In this document: positions 48,706 to 59,023 of the stretch, in pieces
How positions within the stretch are numbered: position 1 is the first letter of the stretch
How the letters are laid out: the number at the start of each line of letters is the position of its first letter
Assembly (NCBI GenBank): GCA_963798085.1
Contig: CAWCRS010000012.1
Location: forward strand, 1-64,000
Source of the DNA: an uncultured Gemmatimonadales bacterium
GTDB taxonomy: Bacteria; Gemmatimonadota; Gemmatimonadetes; Longimicrobiales; RSA9
Direction of reading: 5' to 3'
DNA: 64,000 nt
Notes under the pieces: model-generated
Databases searched by the model: none
Seen by the model: only the letters and a program-made list of their open reading frames with translations
What the model was told of the DNA's origin: nothing
Position numbers and translations under genes: made by a program

Positions 48706-49821
48706 GTGCTGCGCCTCGAGCGGATCCGCCGGCGCGAGATCCGGCTGCCGCTGCGCGAGCCCTTCCGCATTTCCTCCGGCGAGGTGACCGAACGACGCAT
48801 CCTCCTCGTGGAACTGGAGGATGCGGACGGCGTGCGTGTGTGGGCCGAGTCCGTGGCCGGCGAATTCCCCAACTACAGTCCCGAGACTGTAGACACGGCG
48901 TTTCTGGCGCTGGAGCGCTGGATCGTGCCGCGTCTGCTGGGTCGCGAGCTGCAGGGCCCGGAAGCTGTGCACGCCCTGCTCGAGGCGGACTTCCGCGGCC
49001 ATCGCATGGCCAAGGCCGCGGTCGAGATGGGCTGCTGGGTGCTGGAGGCGGCGCGTCGCGGCGAGCCACTGGCGCGCGTGCTGGGCGGTACGCGCGAGCG
49101 CATCGAGGTCGGGATCTCGCTGGGCATCCAGCGCTCCCCGGCGGCGCTCGTCGAGCGGGCGGCGGCGGCGCTGGCCGAGGGCTACCACAAGATCAAGATG
49201 AAAATCGCGCCCGGCTCCGACCTGCAGTTCGTGGGCGCTGCGCGCGAGGCGCTGGGCCCGGCGGCGCCACTCATGGCGGACGCCAACAACGCCTACGACC
49301 TGAGCGATGCCGACCGGCTTGCGGGGCTGGACGCTTTCGGCCTGCTCATGATCGAGCAGCCACTCGATACCGAGGACCTGGCCCGACACGCCGAGTTGCA
49401 ACGGCGGCTGCGCACACCCATCTGCCTGGATGAGTCGATCACGTCGCTGCGCCGCGCGGAGGACATGGTGCGGCTGGGCAGCGGCCGCATCGTCAACATC
49501 AAGCCGGGCCGCGTGGGCGGCTTCGCCGAGTCCATTGCCATCCACGACTTCTGCCGGGCGCACGGCGTACCCGTGTGGTGTGGTGGCATGCTGGAGAGCG
49601 GCATCGGCCGCGCCTGCAACGTGGCACTGGCCTCGCTGTCCGGCTTCACCATCCCGGGCGACCTCTCGCCCAGCGCGCGCTACTGGCAGCGCGACATCGT
49701 GGTGCCCGAATGGACCATGTCCGCCGAGGGCACCGTGACCGTACCGCTCGACCGCCCTGGCCTTGGCGTCGAGGTCGATGAGGACCGGGTGGATGACCTG
49801 ACGGTTCGCATCGAAGGGTGA
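48706..49821 (+). CDS. menC: o-succinylbenzoate synthase / N-succinylamino acid racemase
   Basis: KIKMK, DAN, EQP, LDES, NIKPGRVGG and WCGGMLE motifs. Confidence 0.9.
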   Translation: MLRLERIRRREIRLPLREPFRISSGEVTERRILLVELEDADGVRVWAESVAGEFPNYSPETVDTAFLALERWIVPRLLGRELQGPEAVHALLEADFRGHRMAKAAVEMGCWVLEAARRGEPLARVLGGTRERIEVGISLGIQRSPAALVERAAAALAEGYHKIKMKIAPGSDLQFVGAAREALGPAAPLMADANNAYDLSDADRLAGLDAFGLLMIEQPLDTEDLARHAELQRRLRTPICLDESITSLRRAEDMVRLGSGRIVNIKPGRVGGFAESIAIHDFCRAHGVPVWCGGMLESGIGRACNVALASLSGFTIPGDLSPSARYWQRDIVVPEWTMSAEGTVTVPLDRPGLGVEVDEDRVDDLTVRIEG

Positions 49822-49825
49822 ACAT

Positions 49826-50728
49826 CGTTGCCTGGGCTGGCTGCTCGGGCCGGTGGCTCGGCAACAATGATGGAATTCCCTGCGCCCCACAACGCGGTTC
49901 CGTGCCTGTCTGATCCGATCCTGAGCAAGGGACCAGCCCGAGCAACCAGCCCGAGCAACGAGCCCCAGCAACGGTTTACAGCCGTCTGGCTTCAGTCCGC
50001 CGGCCAGGCGCCGATACCGGTGGGAGAGGGCGCGGCCGCTGGTCGGTGGTCGGGGTGGCCGGGTGTACCGGCAGGGCCCAGTATGTCTGCGTTCTCTGAG
50101 CCGTTCCGCAAGCACGAAGAGACCGGGCGATGAAGTGGCAGTTCGAGCGGGCGTATTACCGCATTGAGTATCCCATTTTCGAGCGGCCGTGGTTCGACAT
50201 CGGCGGCAGGATCCACGATGTCGTCGACTGCTCGGAGGCAGGATTGCGCTACCGACTCGCGGGCGCAGCGGGCGGGCCGCCGAAGATCGGCGACACCATC
50301 AGCGGCCAGCTGCGCTTTCGCCGGGGCGAGCAGGTGGAAGTCGCCGGCCGCGTCGTGCGCGTCCAGGACGGCCAGATCGCCCTCAACCTCGACCCGCCCG
50401 GCATTCCCCTCAAGATCATCTTCGATGAGCAGCGGTTCATACTCAAGAAGTATCCGCAAAGACAATAGCCATAGAACAGAACGCGTTGCTGGGGCTGGTT
50501 GCTGGGGCTGGTTGCTCGGGAACGGCTACGGATTCAACGGCGTTGCTTTGCGGTGGTCGCTCGGACTGGTTGCCGGGAAACAGACAGGACAGCTGCGGCA
50601 AACCGTCATGGGCTCCGCGTACTAACGCGCGGTTTGGTCAACCGCGAAACCTGTCCAGCATGTGAGCGCGCTCCCATTATCCGTTGTGGCTCCCGAGCCA
50701 CAAGCCCGAGCGACCAGCCCCAGCAACG
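49826..50728. repeat. Two inverted pairs of a 13-mer-based REP-like repeat flanking the PilZ gene
   Basis: GTTGCTGGGGCTG-type trimers at 49826 and 50484; reverse copies at about 49930 and 50690. Confidence 0.6.
50130..50468 (+). CDS. PilZ domain protein
   Basis: ERAYYR (RxxxR) and DCSEAG (DxSxxG) motifs. Confidence 0.75.
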   Translation: MKWQFERAYYRIEYPIFERPWFDIGGRIHDVVDCSEAGLRYRLAGAAGGPPKIGDTISGQLRFRRGEQVEVAGRVVRVQDGQIALNLDPPGIPLKIIFDEQRFILKKYPQRQ

Positions 50729-50762
50729 CCGTTTCCGTCGCTATTGTTGCCGTTGTCGCGGT

Positions 50763-52232
50763 TCAACTGACGGGCTTGGGCAGCGGGCCCTGGCGCGTGG
50801 CGGCTTCCCAGGCAATGACGGCCATGACGATCGAGGACTGCACGAGGTCCTCGGGGCGGACGCGTTCGTAGAAGTCGGTGTTGGTGTGATGGGTGCGGGT
50901 GTCGTAGTCCGTGTAGTCCTTGATGGTGTTGAAGCCGGGCACACCGGCGGCGATGAAGCTGAGGTGGTCGGTGGCGCCGATGTGGTCGAGGACGTTCCTG
51001 CGCATGCCGAGGTCGCGCAGCGGCGCGAGCCAGGCGTCGAAGATGGGCTTGATGGCGGTGTTCTCCTCGAGGTAGTAGCCGTAGATGGGACCGGTGCCGG
51101 GATCCGAGTTGAGGTAGAGGTACAAGTGGTCGCGGGCGGCGCGGTTGGCGGGACCTTCGAGGTGCTGGTGCACCCAGGCCTTGCTGCCCAGCAGGCCTTC
51201 CTCTTCCCCGCCCCACAGCGCGAAGCGGATGGTCCGCCGGGGCTGCACGCCGGTCGCCTTCAGGATGCGCAACGCCTCCATCAGCTCGGCGGCATCATCG
51301 GCATTGTCCGTGGCGCCGGTGGCGGAATGCCAGGAGTCGAGGTGTGCGCCCAGCATGACGACCTCGTCCTTCAGCGCGGGATCGGTGCCCGGGATCTCCG
51401 CGATGACGTTGTACGCATTGCGATCCTGCTCGTGGTAGCGCGTGCCCAGCTCGACGCGTACGCGCGGCGGGCGGTCACTCTGCGCGAGTCGCACTAACAT
51501 GTTGTAATGCTCGGACGCCACGATGATGGCGGGCACGGCGTCATCCGGCGTGGCACGGTTGCCCAGCACGAACAGTGTGCCGTGCTGGCCCGCATTGGGC
51601 CGCAGCACGACGGCGGCGCCGGCCTGCTGGAGCAGCGCGGTCATTTCGCGCAGCGGAGTCTTCGGGTTGTTGGGCGGATTGCGCGGCTGGCCGATGGGCA
51701 CACGCGCGTCGCTGCTGCTGGGCTGGAGCCGGTCTTCGGTGATGAAGCGGGTCTGCGGCGGCAGCGCCAGCACGATGGCGCCGCGCAGCTTCGCGCTCAG
51801 CGCCGTGATCTCCTCCGCCGTGCGATCGCCGACATAGATGGGTTCACCTTCGATGACGCCGTGTGTCGATGGCGTCCACGCCTCGGGGTAGCCGATCAGC
51901 GGAAAATAGCGCGGCGAGGTCAACTCGAGTGTGAGCTTTTCGAGAGTCCAGCCGCGGCCGAACTCCCACGGTTCCAGGTGCGCATTGCCGGCGCCCCAGG
52001 ATGCGAGCTGGCCGCGCGTCCAGTCGGCCGCCTGCCTGAACGCGGGCGAGCCCGTGAGACGTGGGCCAATGATGTTGGTGAGCATGTTGAAGGTCTCGAG
52101 CACGTGCGAATGATCGAGACCCTCGGCGCGGATGCGCGCGATCGTCGCGCTGTCGGCGCGTGCCTGTGCGCACAGACCGGGCGCGTGCGCGGTCGTGATG
52201 AGGATGAGGCAGCAGGCGACGATGCGCTTCAT
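50763..52232 (-). CDS. M28 family metallopeptidase
   Basis: GAHLDSW, GATDNA, GEEEGLLGS, TDH and HHTNTD motifs. Confidence 0.9.
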   Translation of the reverse strand: MKRIVACCLILITTAHAPGLCAQARADSATIARIRAEGLDHSHVLETFNMLTNIIGPRLTGSPAFRQAADWTRGQLASWGAGNAHLEPWEFGRGWTLEKLTLELTSPRYFPLIGYPEAWTPSTHGVIEGEPIYVGDRTAEEITALSAKLRGAIVLALPPQTRFITEDRLQPSSSDARVPIGQPRNPPNNPKTPLREMTALLQQAGAAVVLRPNAGQHGTLFVLGNRATPDDAVPAIIVASEHYNMLVRLAQSDRPPRVRVELGTRYHEQDRNAYNVIAEIPGTDPALKDEVVMLGAHLDSWHSATGATDNADDAAELMEALRILKATGVQPRRTIRFALWGGEEEGLLGSKAWVHQHLEGPANRAARDHLYLYLNSDPGTGPIYGYYLEENTAIKPIFDAWLAPLRDLGMRRNVLDHIGATDHLSFIAAGVPGFNTIKDYTDYDTRTHHTNTDFYERVRPEDLVQSSIVMAVIAWEAATRQGPLPKPVS

Positions 52233-52278
52233 GGTGCGCTCCTTTTCCGCGGGGAAGAGGCAGGGCCGGCGCACCGTG

Positions 52279-54945
52279 TCAATCGCCCCGGTGGCTGCCG
52301 CCTTCCAGCTGAAAGTAGTACGTGGCGCCCTGTTCCGGATCGACTTCGGCCCATACACGGCCGCCGTGACGCTGGACAATGCGCTGCACGAGCACGAGGC
52401 CGACCATGCCGCCGGCGGCATCGCCGGATGCGTCCAGTCGGGTGCCACCGGAGAATGCTTTTTCAATGCGGTGCCGGTCGTGGCCCTCGCCATTGTCGCG
52501 CACGAACAGGATCGCCGGCATTCCGTCCGTGCAGCCGATCTCAATGTGCGGTTGCGGCCGGCCGCGCGTGTGCGCCAGCGCGTTGGACAGCAGATCCATG
52601 TAGACCTGCCGGAGCAGTGCCGGGTCGGCGAACACGGTGGGCAGGCGGCCGATTTCCACCTCGACCCGCCGGCCATCCATCTCCGCGCGCAGGTCGGCCA
52701 GCGCGGCGCGCGCAATGTCCCCCGCCGGAACACGGCGCCGCTCGAGGGGCTGCCTTCCCACCCGCGCAAAAGCGAGCAGGTCCTCGGTGAGGCGGCCCAT
52801 GTGCGAAGCCGCGGCATGGATGCGCTGGCCGGCAGCGTGCACGGCCGCCGGCAGCGCGGTTCCCACGTCTTCCCCCAGCTCACGCGCATAACCGTCGATG
52901 GCGTGCACGGCCGCGGCCAGTTCCCGCGACACGGACCAGGAGAACGACTCCAGCTCCGTGTTAGCCTCGCTCAGCGCCAGCGTACGCTCGCTCACCCGTC
53001 GCTCCAGCTCCTGCTCGGACATCTTGCGCGCGGTGACGTCCACGCTGGAGCCGATATAGCCGAGGAACTCGCCACTCGGGTTGTACCGCGGTGTGCCGTG
53101 ATCGGTGATCCAGCGATAGGCGCCGTCATTTCGCAGCAGACGGTACTCGAGGACGAAATCCTCGCGTGCTTCGACGGCCCGGCTGTACGTGTCGAGGCAG
53201 TACTGCAGGTCCTCCGGGTGCACCCCACCCATCCAGCCGTTGCCCAGCTCCTGCTCGATCGAGCGGCCGCGGAATTCGAGCCAGCGCGCGTTGAAGAAGG
53301 TGCAGCTGCCCTCGGGTGTGGACGTGCGGATCATCACGGGCGCGGTGTCGGCGATGTGCTGGAACCTGGCCTCGCTCTCGCGCAGACTGTGTTCCGCTCG
53401 CTGCCGCTCGGTAATGTCGCGCAGGTGGGCGGTGAACACGGGCTCGCCGTCGACGTGCGTCGCGGTGATGCCCAGCTCGATGGGAAACTCGCTGCCATCG
53501 GCGCGCATGCCTGTGAGTTCCAGCCGCTGTCCCAGGATGTGCGCCTCGCCGGTGGCGACGTAGCTGCCGAACCGCTCGTTGTGCGCGCCGCGCAGCTGAG
53601 GCGGGATGATCATCTCCGCGATGGGCCGCCCGATCACGTCCTGCCGGCGCCGGCCGAAGGTGCGTTCGGCGGCCGGATTGAATTCGGTGATGCAGCCACG
53701 GCGGTCCGCCGTGATAATGCAGTCGATGGCGCTTTCGATGATGGCGCTCTTGCGCGCTTCACTGTGGCGCAGGGCGTTGCGGGAAAGTTCGGAGAGGTGG
53801 CCCGCGTCCTCGGCCTGCAGGCGGGCCTCCGATTCGCGGTGTGTCATGCCGAACAGCAGCAGGCTGACGACCACACCGCCCACGGACACGGCGGCCGCCA
53901 GGCGGCCTCGCCCGTACATGGCGTCAAAAGCGGGTCGCGAAGCAATGGTCACCAGCCAGCGGCGCCCCGGCATGGAAATGGTCCGGCGCGTTGCATACGT
54001 GGAGCGGTAGCCGTTGTCGGCGGCGGCACCCGGCGAGCGGTAAAGGAGCGCGTCGGCAACGGGAAGCGTGTCGTCGTATACGGAGAAATCGGCCCATTTC
54101 TCAGGGCCATCGCCGAAAATGGCGCTGAACAGGTCGTTAGCACGGAAGGGACCGTAGACGTAGCCCTGCAGGCTGTCCCGCCTGGCCTCGGGTGTCGACG
54201 GCAGGCCGCCGTTGCGATAGACGGGGACGTAGATGAGGAAGCCGGGCTGCCTTGGTTCGACCGTCTCCTGCACCAGCGTGACCGCGCCGGAAAGGGTGGG
54301 CATGCCCGTATCGCGAGCCCGTTCCATGGCCGCGCGGCGCACGGGCTGGGTGGACATGTCGTATCCGATTGCGGCCTGGTTGCGCGTATCAGGCGGCTCG
54401 AGATAGACGATGGCGTGGTACTCGGCGCGCGCCACCGAGTCGGGCCAGACATGGAAACCGGGCCAGGCATCGGCGCGCACGCTGCGGGTCAGTGAGTCGA
54501 GTGCGGCGGGCGCCACGCGTACGGAGTAGCCCACGCCCTGAATGCCGGGATACCACAGCATCAGACGCAGCCGTTTGACGTAGGCGTGGAACGCGGCACG
54601 GTCAATGTCGCCGCGACTGGCCAGCAGCGCGGCGCCGCCCCGCAGCATGGCAATGTGCGCTTCGATGCGCGTGACGATGCGGGTCTGGATCTGGTCGGCA
54701 CTCTCGTCGAGGGAGCGCGCCGCCTCAATGCGGCGGCCCTGCGCGGCGTAGTACGAGACGAGAGTGGTCAGGCCGAGTGACGCGACCAGTACGACCCAGG
54801 GCAGCCGCAGGCCTGCGCTCCGCAGTGCACCCGGCGGAGGCGCGGCCCGACCTTCTGCGCGTGACGGGTTTGCCCCGCGCCGGTGGCGAGGAGTCTCATC
54901 GGGGGGTTCAGGCGTTGACGCCAGTGCTTCGTTCTGCGGAGGCAA
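52279..54945 (-). CDS. CHASE-PAS-PAS sensor kinase-like protein with degenerate kinase motifs
   Basis: YPGIQGVG/AIGYDM CHASE domain, two PAS domains; H-box reads SVSRELAA. Confidence 0.85.
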   Translation of the reverse strand: MPPQNEALASTPEPPDETPRHRRGANPSRAEGRAAPPPGALRSAGLRLPWVVLVASLGLTTLVSYYAAQGRRIEAARSLDESADQIQTRIVTRIEAHIAMLRGGAALLASRGDIDRAAFHAYVKRLRLMLWYPGIQGVGYSVRVAPAALDSLTRSVRADAWPGFHVWPDSVARAEYHAIVYLEPPDTRNQAAIGYDMSTQPVRRAAMERARDTGMPTLSGAVTLVQETVEPRQPGFLIYVPVYRNGGLPSTPEARRDSLQGYVYGPFRANDLFSAIFGDGPEKWADFSVYDDTLPVADALLYRSPGAAADNGYRSTYATRRTISMPGRRWLVTIASRPAFDAMYGRGRLAAAVSVGGVVVSLLLFGMTHRESEARLQAEDAGHLSELSRNALRHSEARKSAIIESAIDCIITADRRGCITEFNPAAERTFGRRRQDVIGRPIAEMIIPPQLRGAHNERFGSYVATGEAHILGQRLELTGMRADGSEFPIELGITATHVDGEPVFTAHLRDITERQRAEHSLRESEARFQHIADTAPVMIRTSTPEGSCTFFNARWLEFRGRSIEQELGNGWMGGVHPEDLQYCLDTYSRAVEAREDFVLEYRLLRNDGAYRWITDHGTPRYNPSGEFLGYIGSSVDVTARKMSEQELERRVSERTLALSEANTELESFSWSVSRELAAAVHAIDGYARELGEDVGTALPAAVHAAGQRIHAAASHMGRLTEDLLAFARVGRQPLERRRVPAGDIARAALADLRAEMDGRRVEVEIGRLPTVFADPALLRQVYMDLLSNALAHTRGRPQPHIEIGCTDGMPAILFVRDNGEGHDRHRIEKAFSGGTRLDASGDAAGGMVGLVLVQRIVQRHGGRVWAEVDPEQGATYYFQLEGGSHRGD

Positions 54946-55073
54946 AGCTGGTTACAAGCGGCCGACGCCCACCTGGTGGATGCGAAACACGGTGTTGTCG
55001 AGAGAGTTTGCCCTGAGCGCATCATGCCGGGCGACGACGGGTGGCGCAAGGGCAGCGTCACCCCGAGTGGCTG

Positions 55074-55805
55074 CTACCAGGCCCCGCGTTCACCGAGGTG
55101 CGCAATGACACGCGCCAGACGGTCCGCCGCATTGCGCCAGTTGGAACGCACGGCGATCTGCGCACCTTCCGCGTCGGCGGTTTCAATGGCGCGGATGGTG
55201 ACGTCGTGCTCGCGCACCGACATGCCCATTTCCTCGACGAGCGCGCTGATGTACAGGCGGATATAGCGTTCGGACTGCGGCTTGATGGCGTCGTGCAGCG
55301 CCATGACGCGCGCGCCGCCGCCCATTTCGACATACGTGCGGTGGAACCGCTGATCCAGGTCGAAGATGGCGCGCATGTCCGGCTCGGGACTGGAAGCCGC
55401 GGCCTCGAGCGTGTGATTGATGTCGTCGAGCGCGGTGACCAATGTCCTGCGGTCTTCGGGCGAGCGCTGCGCCGCCCGCCACGCCGCCAGCCCTTCGACT
55501 TCACCGACGATCTGGAACAGCTCGCGTGCATCCTCCTGCGTGAGCGGCGCGACGGCGAGGCGGGACTGGGCGCCCGTTCCGGCAGCGACCACATAGCCCT
55601 CCTGCTGCAGACGCTGGAGCGCGGCGCGCACCGGCGTGCGGCTCACACTCAGGCGAGTCGCTACATCGGCTTCAATGATGCGTGTGCCGGGCGCAATGCG
55701 GCCCCATACGATCAGCTCGCGGAGCTGCTCGAAGACGCGGGTGCCACGATCGGTGCCCGGTGAGCGCCTCGGGGGACGGCGTCCGGTTCCGGTTCGGCTG
55801 GCCAT
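55074..55805 (-). CDS. GntR/FCD transcriptional regulator
   Basis: VSRTPVRAALQRL HTH and FCD domain. Confidence 0.9.
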   Translation of the reverse strand: MASRTGTGRRPPRRSPGTDRGTRVFEQLRELIVWGRIAPGTRIIEADVATRLSVSRTPVRAALQRLQQEGYVVAAGTGAQSRLAVAPLTQEDARELFQIVGEVEGLAAWRAAQRSPEDRRTLVTALDDINHTLEAAASSPEPDMRAIFDLDQRFHRTYVEMGGGARVMALHDAIKPQSERYIRLYISALVEEMGMSVREHDVTIRAIETADAEGAQIAVRSNWRNAADRLARVIAHLGERGAW

Positions 55806-55879
55806 GCGTTCCACTCCCGGGTCAGAATGTCAATGGCGGCATCACCAGCGGCGTACGCTGCCCCGCGTTCGGCGCAGCC

Positions 55880-56620
55880 CTACCAGAATGCCACGCTCGC
55901 CCAGGCGCTCGATCACCTGGGTGAGCCGATCGCCCGCGTTACGCCAGTTGGTCAATACGGACTCCTTCGCCAGCGGCGTGTTGCCACTGGCAATGGCGCG
56001 CACGATGACCTCGTGGTCTTCCACCGACTTGTGGATCTCGTCGATGAGCGAGCTGATGTAGAGTCGTACATAGCGCTCGGCCTGCGGCTTGACCGCCTGG
56101 TGCAGCGCGCGCAGCCGCGGGCCGGCCCCCGCTTCCATGAAGCAGCAATGAAACGCCTGGTCGAGATCGAAAATGACGTGCGGATCGGGCTCGCGCTGGC
56201 GCGTGGTGCGCCCCAGCTCGGCATTGATCGCGCGCAGTGCATCACTCACGCGGGCACGCTCCGCCTCCGGCCGTTCCGCCGCCCATCTCGCCGCCAGTGC
56301 TTCGACTTCGGAAACAATGGCGAACAGCTCGCGCGCATCATCGATCGTGAGCGGCGCAATCGACAGACGCGTCTGCTGCCCGTTGTCTGCCGCCACAATG
56401 TAGCCTTCCTGGAGCAGGCGCTGCAAGGCGCTGCGTACGGGCGTGCGGCTGACGCCGAGACGCGTCGCGATATCCGTCTCGATGATGCGCGAGCCGGGCG
56501 CCAGCTTGCCCGAATGATCAGCTCGCGCAGCTGCAGGTATGCCTGCACCACGCGATCGCCGCGCTGTCGCTGTGCGCCGCCATTGCGCTTCCCTCGCGCG
56601 CGACCGGACTTGCCTTTCAT
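55880..56620 (-). CDS. GntR/FCD regulator paralogue (frameshifts near 56515 and 55890)
   Basis: YLQLRELII and VSRTPVRSALQRL are in different frames; strong similarity to the neighbour. Confidence 0.8.
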
Positions 56621-57118
56621 CAGACCCGCTCTCCCCTGCCTTTTCGCTGTGGATCGCTGGTGCACGGCCATCCGCGTGTGCCTCCATCGAAAACGCTGAA
56701 ACTCCATGCCATGGACGGCCGTGAAGGCATCGTTGCGCCCGCCGCCGGGTGATCGGGCGCGCACGGCGCCCGCCTGCGATTCGGCGCTGCCTGGGCACGA
56801 ATTCGCTTGTGCCGCCTCTTGCCGGCGGCTCTGAGCGCACGCGGACAACCCGCGGGGATGACCCCTTGCGCACGACCGGCGGCAGGGACCTCGTGCCTGC
56901 CGGCGGGGAGAGGCCAGCGGGCGCAGGGTTGCCTCCGGTGTGCAGAAACAGACATGCTAGCAACTAACGCGGCCGTAGGGCAACCATGGACCCCTCCGGC
57001 CGGTGCAGCGCCGGCGGCGGAAGGGACGGTAGACTGAAATCCCGTCGTCGCTTAACACTGTGCGCCCAGTGGGCGTCTCTTGCATCAGATCATTGCCACA
57101 GACACGGGCCGGTAGAGC

Positions 57119-59002
57119 ATGGTGACAAGAAACGGGCACGTTTACCTGGACGCGCGCATGCTCCTTGGCGCTCTGGTGGCCGCACTGCTGCCTGCCAGTG
57201 CGCTCGCGCAGAAGCCGGCGCCCTCGCCGCAGGACACGGTGGCGGCGCTCCAGCTGCTCAGGCGGGCCACGTTCGGCGTACGGCCGGAGGATCTGACGCA
57301 GGTGCTGGAGCAGGGACGGGCCGCGTGGCTCGACCGGCAGCTGCACCCGGACCGCGTCCATGACGACGACCTGAGCGACCGGCTCGATCCCTTCCCTGCG
57401 GCAGCTGCGCCCATCATGCAGCTGGTTCGCCAGTACACGCCTCCAAGGCCGCCGCCGGCGCCTGGCGATTCCATGGGCAGGCGGCAGCTGACACCGGACG
57501 AGCAACGCATGCGCGCGGAGCAGAACCCGCAGCGCATCCTGTTCGACATGGTGGGCGCCAAGCTGGTGCGCGCGGTATGGTCCGAGCGCCAGCTGGAAGA
57601 GGTGATGACCGATTTCTGGTTCAATCACTTCAACGTGTATTTCCTGAAGGGGCAGGATCGCTACCTCGTCAGCGACTACGAACGCACGGCCATCCGGCCG
57701 CACGTGTTCGGCAGGTTCGAGGACATGCTGCGCGCCACGGCGCAGCATCCCGCCATGCTGTTCTACCTGGACAACTGGACCAGTTCGGCGCCGGACAGCA
57801 ATGCGCAGGATGGGCGAGGCCGGGAGCAGCGGGAGCAGCTGCTCGAGCGGCTGCGCAGCATGTCCCCCGAGCAGCGCGCGCAGCTCGTGCGCAACGGCCG
57901 CATCACGCAGCAGCAGCTGGACCGCCTGGAGCAGAGCAACTTCCAGCTGCCGCCGCAGCGCGAGCGTGGCATCAACGAGAACTATGCGCGCGAGCTGATG
58001 GAGCTGCACACGCTGGGCGTGGACGGCGGCTACACGCAGGATGACGTGATCAACGTGGCGCGCGCGTTCACCGGCTGGACCTTCCAGGCGGGCGCATTGC
58101 GCGCGGGTGGTCCCGGCGCGGCGGGAATGCGGCCGAACGGCCGGCCCGGTCTGCGGGGCGGGCGCGCCGGCCTGGGCGGACGTGGCCGCCGGGCGCTGCC
58201 GCCCATGGGCGGTCCCGACATGATGATGGGCCCGCCGGCCGATGCCGGCTTCGTGTTCCGCCCCGAGCTGCACGACCGGGGTGAGAAACTGGTGTTAGGA
58301 AAGAAGCTGAAGGCGGGACGCGGCATGGAGGACGGCGAGGATGTACTGCACCTGCTGGCGACGCAGCCGGCCACGGCGAAGCACATTGCCGGCGAAATGA
58401 TCCAGTGGTTCGTGTCGGACACGCCGGATCCGGCCTTCGTGGATGAGCTGGCCGCGGTGTTCACGAAGACCAATGGCGACCTGCGCGAGGTGACGCGGGC
58501 GCTGTTCACTTCGCCGCGCTTCTACGACGCGAAGAACGTGAACGCGAAGATCAAGTCGCCTTTCGAACTGGTGGCCAGTGCATTGCGCGTGACCCGCTCG
58601 GACGTGGGGCCCTCGCGCGCGCTGGCGGGCATGCTGCGCAACCTGGGCGAGCTGCCCTACGGCGAGATCGCGCCCACGGGCTATCCGGGCGCTTCGCAGG
58701 AATGGGTGAACAGCGGGTCCATGCTGAACCGCATGAATTTCGCGCTGGGTCTGGCATCAGGGCGCATGGATGGCGTGCGTCCCAGCTACTCGCGCATCGG
58801 GCTGCGGCCCGGCAGCGACCCTGACGCGGTGTTAGGGGACATGCTGGCCGCCCTCATGCCGGGCGTGCGCACGGACGCGCTGGCTGCGGACATCCGCGCC
58901 GATCTGGCGCAGCAGGCGGCCAATCCCAATGCCACCCCGCGCATGCTGGCGGGCCGGGCCCTGGCCCTGGCGCTGGGGTCCTCCGAATTCCAGCGTCGCT
59001 GA
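57119..59002 (+). CDS. DUF1800 family protein
   Basis: LLRRATFG, FWFNHFNV and NENYARELMELHTLG motifs. Confidence 0.9.
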   Translation: MVTRNGHVYLDARMLLGALVAALLPASALAQKPAPSPQDTVAALQLLRRATFGVRPEDLTQVLEQGRAAWLDRQLHPDRVHDDDLSDRLDPFPAAAAPIMQLVRQYTPPRPPPAPGDSMGRRQLTPDEQRMRAEQNPQRILFDMVGAKLVRAVWSERQLEEVMTDFWFNHFNVYFLKGQDRYLVSDYERTAIRPHVFGRFEDMLRATAQHPAMLFYLDNWTSSAPDSNAQDGRGREQREQLLERLRSMSPEQRAQLVRNGRITQQQLDRLEQSNFQLPPQRERGINENYARELMELHTLGVDGGYTQDDVINVARAFTGWTFQAGALRAGGPGAAGMRPNGRPGLRGGRAGLGGRGRRALPPMGGPDMMMGPPADAGFVFRPELHDRGEKLVLGKKLKAGRGMEDGEDVLHLLATQPATAKHIAGEMIQWFVSDTPDPAFVDELAAVFTKTNGDLREVTRALFTSPRFYDAKNVNAKIKSPFELVASALRVTRSDVGPSRALAGMLRNLGELPYGEIAPTGYPGASQEWVNSGSMLNRMNFALGLASGRMDGVRPSYSRIGLRPGSDPDAVLGDMLAALMPGVRTDALAADIRADLAQQAANPNATPRMLAGRALALALGSSEFQRR

Positions 59003-59023
59003 CGCTTCAACGGGAGTCAGAAG

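Noticed and set aside
27693..54495. Long antisense ORFs (e.g. 27693-29654, 43739-45559, 45744-47807, 52132-54495)
   Set aside because: Shadow frames of well-supported genes in high-GC DNA.
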